DNA from: Chrysomallon squamiferum | Lineage: Eukaryota > Animalia > Mollusca | Length of the DNA stretch: 64,000 bases | NCBI GenBank assembly: GCA_012295275.1 | Contig: CM022666.1 | Span: 2,046,001 to 2,110,000, forward strand | Reading direction: 5' to 3' | Shown: piece after piece, positions 1 through 13,244 of the stretch | How the letters are laid out: every line of letters begins with the position of its first letter | Numbering within the stretch: position 1 is the first letter of the stretch | Program-made: the position numbers and the translations under genes | Notes under the pieces: model-generated | The model's input: only the letters and a program-made list of their open reading frames with translations | What the model was told of the DNA's origin: nothing | Databases searched by the model: none

Positions 1-316
1 TTTTTCGGAGTAATTTTATACGATACGTTGAAAATAAAAAAAAAAAACAACGTTTATTTTAAAAGACTTGATTATTAATTAGTTTTATTCATTTGGAACT
101 GAAAAGAAATTTAAATTATAGTATACCTTTCGAAACTATAATATATCTTTATAAATGAAAATCTGTAGCAGTGTTCAAGTTTTACACAGACAAAATTTAA
201 CACTGTCGATTTAAAATGTTTTACGATAAAATGCACGTTGTCTTCCAGTGGCTCAGTTTGAATAGAGTTTTTACGCAAAGTACGTAGAGATTTCGTTTCT
301 TGAGCGTTTTTATCTG

Positions 317-358
<42 letters not shown>

Positions 359-618
359 ATATTATGGGATTTTGTTTCAATATAAGTTTTATTATAATGT
401 TATTATGTCAGTTTTTGCGTGATACAAATATGTGTTTTAGAAATTATTGCTGAAATGTAGTTAGGATATTGGTCATAAAAAGCCTGTATAAGTAATGATA
501 TAATTACAAATTCACAATTTGGTCTATATCTTTTTCTCGCGATCTTCTGGCTTTTATGCAATATATATATATATATAATTTTTTTCCTGTTTCTAACATT
601 TCTTCTACTAATTATATA

Positions 619-733
<115 letters not shown>

Positions 734-1260
734 TTACAATGTTACACTAATAGCGGGGGAATTTTTATGGTGGGGTGTTTAATTTTAATTTTAATTTGTC
801 CGTCCTTATTTCCGTCCCCTAGCTCTCATTTATTTGTGACGTAAGAGTTGAAAAAAAAAAAAAAAAAAAAATCTTGATCTTTGTTTCTCGACAAAACTAA
901 TGTCCCAAACAGGTTTCACACAGAACTCTTTCAGGTGCCAAATAAATATATATATATATATATATGATAGCAATAATAACGTAAAATTGGCGCTGAAGGT
1001 GAGATAAACATAAAACACTATTACGTCTTTTTCTTTTCACATTTTAAAATAAAAGATAATAAGATTCTAGGTAATGAGGGAAATAAAGATGATATGTAAC
1101 GGAAAGAACTTGAATATAACATGCTGAAAAGACAAATACCTATATACATACACACACACACACATACATAAATATTCTATAGTGATGGTACATTAACAGT
1201 TATCTGACACAAAAAGCAAGATCATCATATATGTCTGTCTGTGTGTGTGTGTGCGTGTTC

Positions 1261-1302
<42 letters not shown>

Positions 1303-3593
1303 GAAATGAAATTTATATAAATGAAAATTTATTGCTTGCTTATATTATATTGTAAAATATTCCATTCTTTAAGGGACCAACAATTTTACTTTGTGAAAAA
1401 AAATATTTTTCTTCAATCTTTTTATGAAATATGTATGTAACGCATGAGTGATAAAAAGTATTGTTTATTTATTTTATTATGAAAACCGTTTTTTCTCTCA
1501 ATTTTTGGAAATGTTTTCTATTGCATTTTTTATTTCCACTTTTGATGTTAGTTTTTTTATACAGATATAGATATATAGATATAGATAGACAGACAGACAG
1601 AGAGATGTACAGATATAGATATATGAATTTTAGGAAGTTTTGTTTTGTTTTTCTATTTTTATCTTATTATGTTTAGATTTCTGTATTTGTTCTGTTTGTC
1701 TTTTTTATTTTTATAATTTTGTGTCTGGTAAAAAAACTTGTCTGTTTTATTGCTCTTGTTATTTTTTTTTTTTTTTTTTTTTTAATACGGTAAAATACCG
1801 TAGGACAAACAAACATATTTAAAAAAAAATTATTTATTGTTTTTTCTAAAAATTTTGCTTTTAATTCATTTAACGAAGATTCACGGAACGTTTACTATTT
1901 ATTAAAATATGCAACTAATCCATTAATATAGCTAATTTATAAATGTCATTTAGCTGTCGTTTAACCAATCATTTTTCACACCTGTCATTCGTCATAATTT
2001 CGTGAAAACGTTCTGCAGTATTTTCATGACGGTTCCATAATTCATATGGTGCATTGCGAATTTGTTGTTCTCTATTTTTCGAGAGTTAGGACTCTTTATT
2101 TGTTTTTTTTTGTTTTGTTTTTATTAAGATTTTTACTTTTTTCGTTTTGTTTTGTTTTTTTCTGGGTTTTTTTTTTGGGGGGGGGGTTTTTTTTTTTTTC
2201 TTGTTGTTGATGTTTTTAGGATTTATTTAAAATTTTTAAAAACGCATCTTACCAAAGTTATTTGTTATTGAACACCTTTACAATTTTGCACAAGCAAAAG
2301 ACATTTCTTTTTTAAAATTTTTTAAAAAATATCCGAATAATATTACTATGCTTGCTCACCCATTCTTCTGTGGAACCAACATGAAAAATTCGACAATCTA
2401 ACAAAAATAAAAAAATAAAAACTTATTTTAACGTCGTTTATACAGACACAATTTATTTTTTATTTACATTAAACAAAATATTTATCTTCTTGCACATTTA
2501 AACGTTGTCTTCGCCATCACCTACGTCTTCTACAAAGTCGTCCTCAGAATGTTCAACGTCATCTGGAATCATTTCCTCACGCTAGTCAACGGAATTATTC
2601 TTTATTTCACTTTCGGAGAAAACGTCAACTTCAAAGAAATGTAAAATCCACATGACAATCGTTTTTTGTTAATTCCCGTATTTCTTTCGAAGAAGCAGTC
2701 TAAATATATTCTGCATGTTTCCAAGTAATGTTTATTTCGTTTTTATTTTTTTTATTTTTTTTTTATTTTTATTTTTATTTTTATTTTTTTTTGTCAGACA
2801 TAGACTGTTGGATGTCAGACAGACTATTTTATTTATTGTCACTTCTTATTTATGTAATATAATCTTGAAAAGACAGCCTTCTCCGTTTTTCGATTAACGT
2901 CAGCAAAATCTTTGTATGTCGTTTATCTCAGACAGAGCAGTACATACCATTCCCTTTGATATAAGCTAATTAAGGAGACACGACTAGTTGGGACGGGAAA
3001 TTTACCCAAAAGGTTTCCTTGACAGGAATCGAACAATAATCGGCTTCTCATCAGATAATCTTTCTGTAATTAACCTGTGTATCGGACCTGTTTTCATCCC
3101 TATTTGCCAAGGGTTCCAAGATCGATGCTTGTTGATGGAATTTTTTTATCATTTTACATTCAGATTATTGTATATAGTAATAAATATTTTATCTGCTTTA
3201 GAAAGATTCATGTTAAAAGAAGAAGAGCATTATCACTCCTGTCTTATAAGAAATAATTTATGCATTGGTTTCCCTATGTTCAAAGCCTTGCAATAAATAT
3301 ACAGTATATGCTGAGATGTCAGTAAATAAATATTTATTTCAGTGTTTATATTTTTCTCATGAAAAGAACAATAGATTTACTTGTTCGTTTCGTGTTCTGT
3401 ATGATTAAATTTTTTTTTAAATATGTGAATTATGCATGAATATATCATGTCACTGATATGTGAATATGTGAGGGTAAAAAAAAAAAGATTCAATATTTGT
3501 ACTTTTGTTTTCTTTCAGTTTGTACATACCCAAGATCTAATGACTATATTAATAAAAGATTTTTGACTATATTTTGTTTTATTTATTTTCTAT

Positions 3594-3716
<123 letters not shown>

Positions 3717-4380
3717 CAAATGTGTATATATATATGAAAAATCTATATTACGAGGTCAGCTAGAAGCGACATTAAACAGAAAAAACTGAGCAAGCACAGT
3801 AAGAAAGGTTTTTATTGAGAAACATCAATTACTTATATTTTTAACTCTTGTATGTTCATACAGTCATGTAACTGGTGATAATAATGAATATTTCTCCAAC
3901 TTCTACAAAAGAAAACCTAACATCGAAACTACATCGGAGAACAATTTGACTTTCACGCCAATCAAAGTTTCTAAGAAATTTCATTTTAAAGAGAAGAAAA
4001 GAAAAATCTGATCAAACATCAGATCTGAAGGCTGATATTCACAGAAGAATCTAAAGATAAATCATTTCTGAAGCAATTCAGAAGTCAGATGTTCTACAGT
4101 ACTTAAAGCCTGACGTCATAAAGTTTTGAAATATGAAACCAACAGTGAAGTCATGAAATTTGAAACAGAATCAGAAGCTACGGCTTAAATTTATCAATCC
4201 ACAAAGTTAATAAGTCCAAAATCTGAAGTCGAAAGCTTAAATCGAAGATGAACTCTGAATTTCATTGTGTGGACATGATGTCTGAAGTCAAAAACGAAGT
4301 AACGAAGTCGAAGTTGAAATCTGAATTAATGAAGTCTTGAATGGCTCTTTCTCAACTTGTCATTGACATGTCTGACAAAA

Positions 4381-5199
4381 TTAATTATAGTACGCTGAAA
4401 TCACCTGAAAAAAATAAAAACAATGAGTGTTTAGTTGCTTTCCTTTTGTTAGAACTCGCCATTTTCTTTATTTGCAGGTGTATGTTTATTCCAGTAGACA
4501 AAAATAACAATTTCATGTTTAAATACAGAACATTTTAATGTTTGATTGGTTTTTTTCTGTACTGATTTTAACACTAACGAAAACATCCACGATACGTTTT
4601 TCATGTGTAAATTTCATTAGACAAAAAAAGTGTCGTGTGTGTGTATGTTTTTCTGTGTTTGCAACTGTGTGTATCTGTGTATGTGTGTATGTATTTATAC
4701 ATAAATAAATAAGCTCTTGTGCTTTTCGATCTCTTTATATACGTCTGTGTTTGTATGTACCCATGTTTGCGTATATATAAGTATGTATATGTATCTCTGT
4801 CTGTTTGTATGTGTGTTTGTAGCTACATACATATATTTGTATTTGTCTGTGTATGAATGTTCGTATGTACGTGAGTGACTGTCTGCCCTGTTACTGATGT
4901 AAATGTGTTTGTAAATAAATAAGGAAACTAGGATTAAGAAGGTTTATACCTGATATCCTTTAAACCATTCAAAAAAACCAATATGCCCGCCATTCCACCT
5001 GTTGCTCCAGTAAATATATAGGTGTGTTTTGTACTTAGCTCTTTCCATTTTATCCCCCTGTTTTTTATTTTAAAAATAGATAAAACATTATGACCATCTA
5101 TGCCAACAAAACAACAATATTCTCATCATCATTATCATCATCATAATAATAATTGATATTACTGTTGTTCTTCTTTTTCTTCTTGTTCTTGTTCTTGTT

Positions 5200-5295
<96 letters not shown>

Positions 5296-5592
5296 AAATG
5301 CAAACATTTAAAAATGAAAATTTCATGGAACAGGTTTTGAATAACTTTTTATTTGTACGTTGTCATACGATATTTATTTTTTTATCATTATTTTTATTTT
5401 TATTTATTTTTTCATTTTTATCTTCATTTTTAAATCTAAAATCTAAAATCTTACAATCAGTCTTCCTTTTTGTATATAAGAATAAAGCTCAATAAATTCT
5501 GAAGCAGTGGCCGGGTAGTCGGGTACTGGACTGTAGACAAAATATAAATAAATAACTACAGAGAAGCAGACGACCGCGTAAGTGAATCCCAT
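4381..5592 (-). CDS. Small unknown protein, copy A, 89 aa; exons 5592-5455, 5057-4950, 4404-4381
   Basis: All introns GT-AG and phase 0. MGFTYAVVCFSVVIYLYFVYSPVPDYPATASEFIELYSYIQKGRLI|GDKMERAKYKTHLYIYWSNRWNGGHIGFFEWFKGYQ|VISAYYN*. Frame, exon-2 length (108 nt) and exon-3 stop position are conserved in the diverged paralogues. Confidence 0.75.
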
Positions 5593-5704
5593 TATGTCTG
5601 CAAGTAAAGAAGACGTTTTAGGATTACTTTCTGAATCAAACAAAAACAACTTCACGCGACATAAATAACACATATTCTGGGTATGAGTGTGGGGTGTGTG
5701 TGTG

Positions 5705-5739
<35 letters not shown>

Positions 5740-6063
5740 GTAGTTTTTCCAGCTTGAGCAAAAGTTGTAAAAGCCAATAAATAAAAAAATTAAAATTAAA
5801 ATTAAAAATGAAACAAATATATATTTATTTGTTACGTAAACAATCCCTAAGGGTGACCCAGCCCTTCAGGGAGTTTGACCTAGTTTTGATGTGTGTTTGA
5901 AACCGCTAATAATTAAAACAGAACAAGAAATCAGGATATTTCAGGCATTTGTCATTTACTCCTACGTAATCAAAGTGTCTTTTAAACCACTAGGAGGGTT
6001 TGTTTTCCAGTTTGTATTTGAATTAGAGACTAAAATAGCAAAACGTGCCCCGGTCCCTCTTAC

Positions 6064-6276
6064 CTGTTTTAAGTTACACGTAATGTCGACACCTCCACAC
6101 TGATTAGATTAAAAGGAAAATACACAGGTAGATTAGCACACAGAAAGGTAAACAGACAGATAAGCGAACAGATAAATAGGTAAATGAAATTAATATTCAT
6201 AAATACTAACCTCCCCGTACAGAAATTAATATCCAAGCACTAACGTTCCCGTAACGATTAAAACCACAAAGTGAAA
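6064..6276 (-). other. Putative 5' UTR exons of the small gene (6276-6211 and 6099-6064), repeated upstream of every copy
   Basis: ttgttag|...GGAG|gttagt and ctaatcag|TGTGG...AAACAG|gtaaga. An in-frame stop precedes the ATG. Equivalent blocks lie at about 10570-10790, 13700-13920, 18070-18290 and 25140-25360. Confidence 0.5.
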
Positions 6277-7476
6277 CTAACAAATGTGTGATGATCTGTC
6301 TTCCTCCATCGTACAGTCACGTGATAATATCAGATGTCAAGTACAGAGGACTCAAGGGTCACATTATTCATCTCAGTTTGTTTCGCTGAAGTACTATTAC
6401 TTACTGTACTGGGGGGAAAAACTGAAGTGACGGAGGATGTCCTAAATATCAGACAGACTAAAAGGAGCTAGGTCGTGGGTTCAGATGGACATGATTGAAG
6501 TCTTTCAGTATATAGCAACACAATCGGTTCATTATGTGAGTATTTGAAATACATGGAAACATTTGTAGTATGTTCCATTCCACACACAAAACCCACATAA
6601 AATCATTAAACAATAAAAAAAAAAAAAAAAGGAAAATATGTTAATAAAATAAATAAATAAATAAATAAATTACAAAAATACATGTACTATCCACCGATAT
6701 TTTCTGTTTTCTTTAATCAACACCGATATTTTCAGTAGAGTTGCTGTGAGATTTCTCAGATCGGGTGAACGCTTGTGTCTGAGTGGACACAGTTTGTTGT
6801 GTTTTGCCACTGCACACTCTGCACCAAGTTCGCTAACACTTACTTAACTTTCATGTTGAGAAATTACTTCCTTCTTAATTTCTATGATATGCGATTCTTT
6901 TTTTTTTTTCTTTTCTTCTTTGTTTTGTTTGTTTATTTATTTGTTTGTTTGTTGTTGTTTTCTTTTCTTTTCTTTTATTCTTCTTTTCTTGTTGTTTTTT
7001 AATACGGAACCAATGTATGCCAAATAAAGTTGAAAAACTATTAAAACTGTTTTGTTCTCAGTGTTTGAAAAGGTTTTCTATTGGATTTTTCATTTCCACT
7101 TTTATGTTCGTTTGTGTGAGTGTGGGTGAGTGTGGGTGGGTGGTTGGCTTGTCGGTATATGTATGTATGTATGTGTGTATATATATATATATTAAACGAA
7201 ATATTTATCTTCTTATACATTTAAACGTTGTCTTCACCATCATCTACGCCTTCTACGGTTTCATCAAAATCGTGTTCAAAATCTTTGAATTATGTGAGAA
7301 AAAGAATTATGAATATTTGTACTTTTGTTTTCTTTCAGTTTGTACATACACAAGATCCACTGTCTATATTAATAAAAGATTATTGGAAATATAATGTTTT
7401 ATTTCTAATTTTGAGAGAGAGAGACAGATTTGCGTACTTGTATGTATTTGTGTGTGTGTGTGTGTGTGTGTGTGTT

Positions 7477-7549
<73 letters not shown>

Positions 7550-7958
7550 TAAATAAAAACATATTAAGAAGTCAGCTAGAAGCGACATTAAAGAGTGAAA
7601 AATGAGCAAGAACAAAGAGGAAAGTTTACTGTAAAACATTATCAATTATTTATTTTTTAACTCGTGTTCTTTCATATAGACATGTAAACTTGGTACAAAT
7701 AATTAATATTGCTCCATCTTCTATAAAAGAATATTAAGGCTGATATTCAGAGAAGGATCTAAAGATAAATCATTTCTGAAGCAATTCAGAAGTCCGATGT
7801 TCTACAGAAATCTTAAATCGAAGATGAATTCTGAATTTCATTGTATGGACATGATGTCTGAAGTCTAAAATGAAGTAATGAAGTCGAAGTTGAAATCTGA
7901 ATTAATGAAGTCTTGAATAGTTCTATTGGTTGAGGCGTCATTGAAATGTCTGACATAA

Positions 7959-8771
7959 TTATTCCCAAGTAATTAGAATGACCTGAAAAAAAAAAAAAAA
8001 CAATGAGAATTTAGTTGTTTTCCTTTCATGAGATGACGTCATTTTCTTTACTTACATCCACACAAGGTAAGGTATCTTTAATCCATTAGACAAAAATAAC
8101 AGCTTTATTTTATAAAATAATTTTCTTTATTTTTGGCGTACAATGTAAGTAAGTACATGTATCTGCAACTGTTGTATGTGTTTTTGTAGGTATATATATA
8201 TGTATATGTTTCAGTGTGTGTCTCTCTCTACTTGTTTGTGTTTGTAGCTACATACATGCTAGTGTATCTGCGTGTATCTGTTATATATTTGTATGTGTCT
8301 GTGTAGGTATGTTCGTATGTACGTGTGTGTCTCAGTCTGCTCCGTTACTGATGTGAAAGTGTCTCTAAGTAAATAAGGAAAATTAGGATTAGGACGATTT
8401 AAACCTGTAATCCTTTAATCCATTCATAAAAACCAATATGTCTGAATTTCCATCTCTCCGTCCAGTAAATATAGACGTCTTTTTTATACTGATCACTTTT
8501 CACTTCATTCCACTGTTGTTGTTGTTGTTGTTGTTGTTTCAAAAATAAATAAATAAATAAAACGTTATGACCGATTTTGCCCACAAAACAACAATATTAT
8601 TGTCATCATTAACCATCATGATCATCATCATCATTATTACCGTTGTTATTGCTGTTGGTGGAGGTGGTGGTGTTGTTGTTATAAAATTTTAACATTTCAG
8701 TAATAATGTAATGTAACAACTTTATGTGTACGTTGGCGTATAACATTTGTTCTTTCTTTCTTTCTGTCCTC

Positions 8772-8802
<31 letters not shown>

Positions 8803-9081
8803 TTTACTAGGTATATTATTTGTTTCTTCTAATTACTTTATTGTTATACTACTTATGAAATCGGCTGTATTTGATATTTATGTTTTCTCAATTAGTATCT
8901 CAGTTGTTTTGAAATTCAATGAAAATCTAAACCTTACCCATAACTTGGCTTTTTGTAGCTGTATATACAAAATAAGCTTATTAAACTCTGCTTCATTGGC
9001 GGCGTAGTCGGGTATTGGACTGAAGATGATATATGAAAGAACACCAACACTAAACCAGAAGACGGCTGATTCGACTCCCAT
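7959..9081 (-). CDS. Small unknown protein, copy B (most diverged), 91 aa; exons 9081-8938, 8512-8405, 7982-7959
   Basis: MGVESAVFWFSVGVLSYIIFSPIPDYAANEAEFNKLILYIQLQKAKLW|WNEVKSDQYKKDVYIYWTERWKFRHIGFYEWIKGLQ|VILITWE*. Same splice positions and phases as copy A; the only coding indel is in frame. Confidence 0.75.
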
Positions 9082-9712
9082 TATTTCTACAAATAAAGAA
9101 GACATTTTTGAGTACTTTTTGAATCAAACAAAAACAACCTCACGCGACTAAAATAACTATTTTTTGTGTGTGTGTGTGTGTGCGTGTGTGTAATTTCTCC
9201 GAGTCGCACAGAAATTATAAAAGGCAATGAATAAAACTCACACACACACACACACACACACGCACATGCATGCACACACACACACTGTCTCAAAACTCAA
9301 ATTACGTGACAAATTTTGTTTTCTACGACGTCCGCCTGTTTTATTTTTGGCGCCAATTTCTCAACTCCATGGAGTTTGGTTTTTTTTTGGTGAAAAAGCT
9401 GTATTATTATCAAGCTGTATTATTATTGTATCATAATTAAATAATTAACTTATTCCTTAACTTGTGTTGTGTTTGTTTCTTTAGTGGATAGATGTAATTA
9501 TTGATTTATATAAATTTCTGTCAATTTTGCGTTTATATTCCTTCTTAGGTGGCCATTAAAGTACCTTTTTAACCTAAACTGAGCCTTAATGAAATATCCA
9601 AGATGTTTTATGGCTTGGGCCTTGACACATATACATATATACTTATATATATATATACATATATATACATATATATACAAACATATACATATATACATAC
9701 ATACATTCATAA

Positions 9713-9761
<49 letters not shown>

Positions 9762-10170
9762 CGGTAGTACCTTGACTTACGACTGCATCAACTTACGATT
9801 TTTCCGAGTTACGAGCAGTCACCTGGTCGATTTTTGGCTTTGAGTTCCGAGCCAAAATCCGAGTTACGAGAGAACTTCAGATATGCCGCCGGTATCATCC
9901 GCCGAGTGTCCCGCGTTTCACTCGTTTACTTCACTTGGTTACCTAACATGGGCGAGGTGTGCATGTAGTCGACTTGGCTATGCAGTACGAGCGTAGTACT
10001 TCTACAAGCATACAAGCATAAAAAATGGGATGGTTTTATGGGGGGGGGATCTGGAACGGATTAATTGTATTTTAATTAATTTCAGTTGAGAAAACTGATT
10101 TGATATACGAGCAAATTGAGTTACGAGCTCGGTCACGAGCGAATTAAACTCGTAAGTCAAGGTACCATTG
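9762..10170. mobile_element. Non-autonomous pogo/Tigger-like (Tc1/mariner superfamily) MITE
   Basis: Imperfect 22-bp TIRs cggtagtaccttgacttacgac and ctcgtaagtcaaggtaccattg, internal gagttacgag repeats, inserted in a TA-rich tract, no transposase. Confidence 0.8.
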
Positions 10171-11059
10171 ATTATATATATATGCATATATAATAGTGAA
10201 AAGTAAGTTTAAGAAGACAAAAATATTAACATAGGACGATGTTTCATCGGTTTCAGTCAATGACTTTGACCTACTGAGAAGATGGTGATCATGCATACAT
10301 AACAGAAATGTTTAATCCAAGAATTTATATATTTTATGTTACATCCAGTATCGGCATCTCTAGCCTACACTGATTAATGTAAATGATAGTACAATTACGG
10401 TATGAGTCTTTAACCCTTAATAATTAAAACAAAATAAAAAGTGATGATATTTCAGGCCTTTGTAGTTACTCCTACATAATCAAAGTTTCTTTTAAACCAC
10501 TAGGAGGGTTTGTTTTCCAGTTTGTATTTGAATTAGAGACCAAAATAACAAAACGTGCCCCGGTCCTTCTTACCTGTTTTACGTCACACGTAATGTCGAC
10601 ACCTCCACACTGATTAGATTAAAAGGAAAATACACAGGTAGATTAGCGCACAGAAAGGTAAACAGACAGATAAGCGAACAGATAAATATGTAAATGAAAT
10701 TAATATTCATAAATACTAACCTCACCGTACAGAAATTAATATCCAAGCACTAACGTTCCCGTAACGATTAAAACCACAAAGTGAAACTAACAAATGGGTG
10801 AAAATCTCTTTTCCTCCATCGTACAGACACGTGACTGATAACATCTGTTCAGTACAGAGGACTCAAGGTTCACATTATTTATTTCAGTTTGTTTTGCTGA
10901 AGTACGATTACTTACTGTACTGGGGTGAAAAACTGAAGTGACGGAGGATGTCCTAAATATCAGACAGACTAAAAGGAGCTAGGTCGTGGGTTCAGATGGA
11001 CATGATTGAAGTCTGTCAGTATATAGCAACACAATCGGTTCATTATGTGAGTATTGGGT

Positions 11060-11100
<41 letters not shown>

Positions 11101-11313
11101 CGAAATATTTATCTTCTTATACATTTAAACGTTGTCTTCACCATCATCTACGCCTTCTACGGTTTCATCAAAATCGTCTTCAAAATCTTTGAATTATGTG
11201 AGAAAAAGAATTATGAATATTTGTACTTTTGTTTTCTTTCAGTTTGTACATACACAAGATCCACTGTCTATATTAATAAAAGATTATTGGAAATATTATG
11301 TTTTATTTCTAAT

Positions 11314-11404
<91 letters not shown>

Positions 11405-11427
11405 TTGTGTGTGTGTGTGTGTGTGTG

Positions 11428-11471
<44 letters not shown>

Positions 11472-12041
11472 CTGTGTGTGTGTGTGTATGTGTGTGATAA
11501 ATAAAAACATATTAAGAAGTCAGCTAGAAGCGACATTAAAGAGTGAAAAATGAGCAAGAACAAAGAGGAAAGTTTACTGTGAAACATTATCAATTATTTA
11601 TTACGGAACTCGTGTTCTTTCATATAGACATGTAAACTTGATACAAATATTTAATATTGCTCCATCTTCTATAAAAGAATATTAAGGTTGATATTCACAG
11701 AAGAATCTAAAGATAAACCATTTCCGAAGCAATTCAGAAGTCAGATGTTCTACAGTACTTGAAGCCTGAAATCATAAAGTCTTTAGATATGAAACCAACA
11801 GTGAAGTCATGAAATTTGAAACAGAATCAGAAGTTGCGGCTTAAATGTTAAATCCACAGAGTTAATAAGTCCAAACAGAAATCTGAAGTCCAAAATCTTA
11901 AATCAAAGATGAATTCTGAATTCCATTGTGTGGACATGATGTCTGAAGTCAAAAATGAAGTAATGAAGTCGAAGTTGAAATCTGAATTAATGAAGTCTTG
12001 AAAGGCTCTTTCTCGACTTGTCATTGACATGTCTGACAAAA

Positions 12042-12857
12042 TTAATTATAGTGCGCTGAAATCACCTGAAAACATTAAAACAATGAGTGTTTAGTGCTTT
12101 CCTTTTGTTAGAAGACGCCATTTTCTTTATTTGCAGGTGTATGTTCATTCCAGTAGACAAAAATAACAATTTCATGTTTAAATGCAGAACATTTTAATGT
12201 TTGATTGTTTTTTTTCTGTACTGATTTTAACACTAACTAAAAACATCCACGATACGTTTTTCATGTGTAAATGTCATTAGACAAACAAAAGTGTCGTGTG
12301 TGTGTATGTTTTTCTGTGTTTCCAACTGTCTGTGTATGTGTGTATGTATTTATACATAAATAAATAAGCTCTTGTGCTTTTCTATGTCCTTATTTACGTC
12401 TCTGTTTGTATGTACACATGTTTGCATATATATAAGTTTGTATATGTATCTCTGTCTGTATGTGTGTTTGTAGCTATATACATATATTTGTATTTGTCTG
12501 TGTATCTATGTTCGTATGTACGTGAGTGACTGTCTGCCCTGTTACTGATGTAAATGTGTTTGTAAATAAATAAAGACGGTTTATACCTGATATCCTTTAA
12601 ACCATTCATAAAAACCAATATGCCCGCCATTCCACCTGTTGCTCCAGTAAATATATAGGTGTGTTTTGTACTTAGCTCTTTCCATTTTATCCCCCTGTTT
12701 TTTTTTTTAAAAATAGATAAAACATTATGACCATCTATGCCACCAAAACAACAATATTCTCATGATCATTATCATCATCATAATAATAATTGATATTACT
12801 GTTGTTCTTCTTTTTCTTCTTGTTCTTCTTCTTCTTCTTCTTCTTCTTCTTCTTCTT

Positions 12858-12947
<90 letters not shown>

Positions 12948-13244
12948 AAATGCAAACATTTAAAAATGAAAATTTCATGGAACAGGTTTTGAATAACTTT
13001 TTATTTGTACGTTGTCATACGATATTTATTTTTTTACCATTATTTTTATTTTTATTTATTTTTTCATTTTTATCTTCATTTTTAAATCTAAAATCTAAAA
13101 TCTTACAATCAGTCTTCCTTTTTGTATATAAGAATAAAGCTCAATAAATTCTGAAGCAGTGGCCGGGTAGTCGGGTACTGGACTGTAGACAAAATATAAA
13201 TAAATAACTACAGAGAAGCAGACGACCGCGTAAGTGAATCCCAT
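12042..13244 (-). CDS. Small unknown protein, copy C, 89 aa; exons 13244-13107, 12694-12587, 12065-12042
   Basis: Nearly identical to copy A (GFYEW instead of GFFEW, VISAHYN instead of VISAYYN). Splice sites intact. Confidence 0.75.

Noticed and set aside
5455-5592. Similarity of TM-YSPVPD to the AADAC/NCEH1 N-terminus (YTPLPD)
   Set aside because: No HGGG or GDSAG hydrolase motifs follow, and the gene stops at about 90 aa. The match is too short to claim homology.
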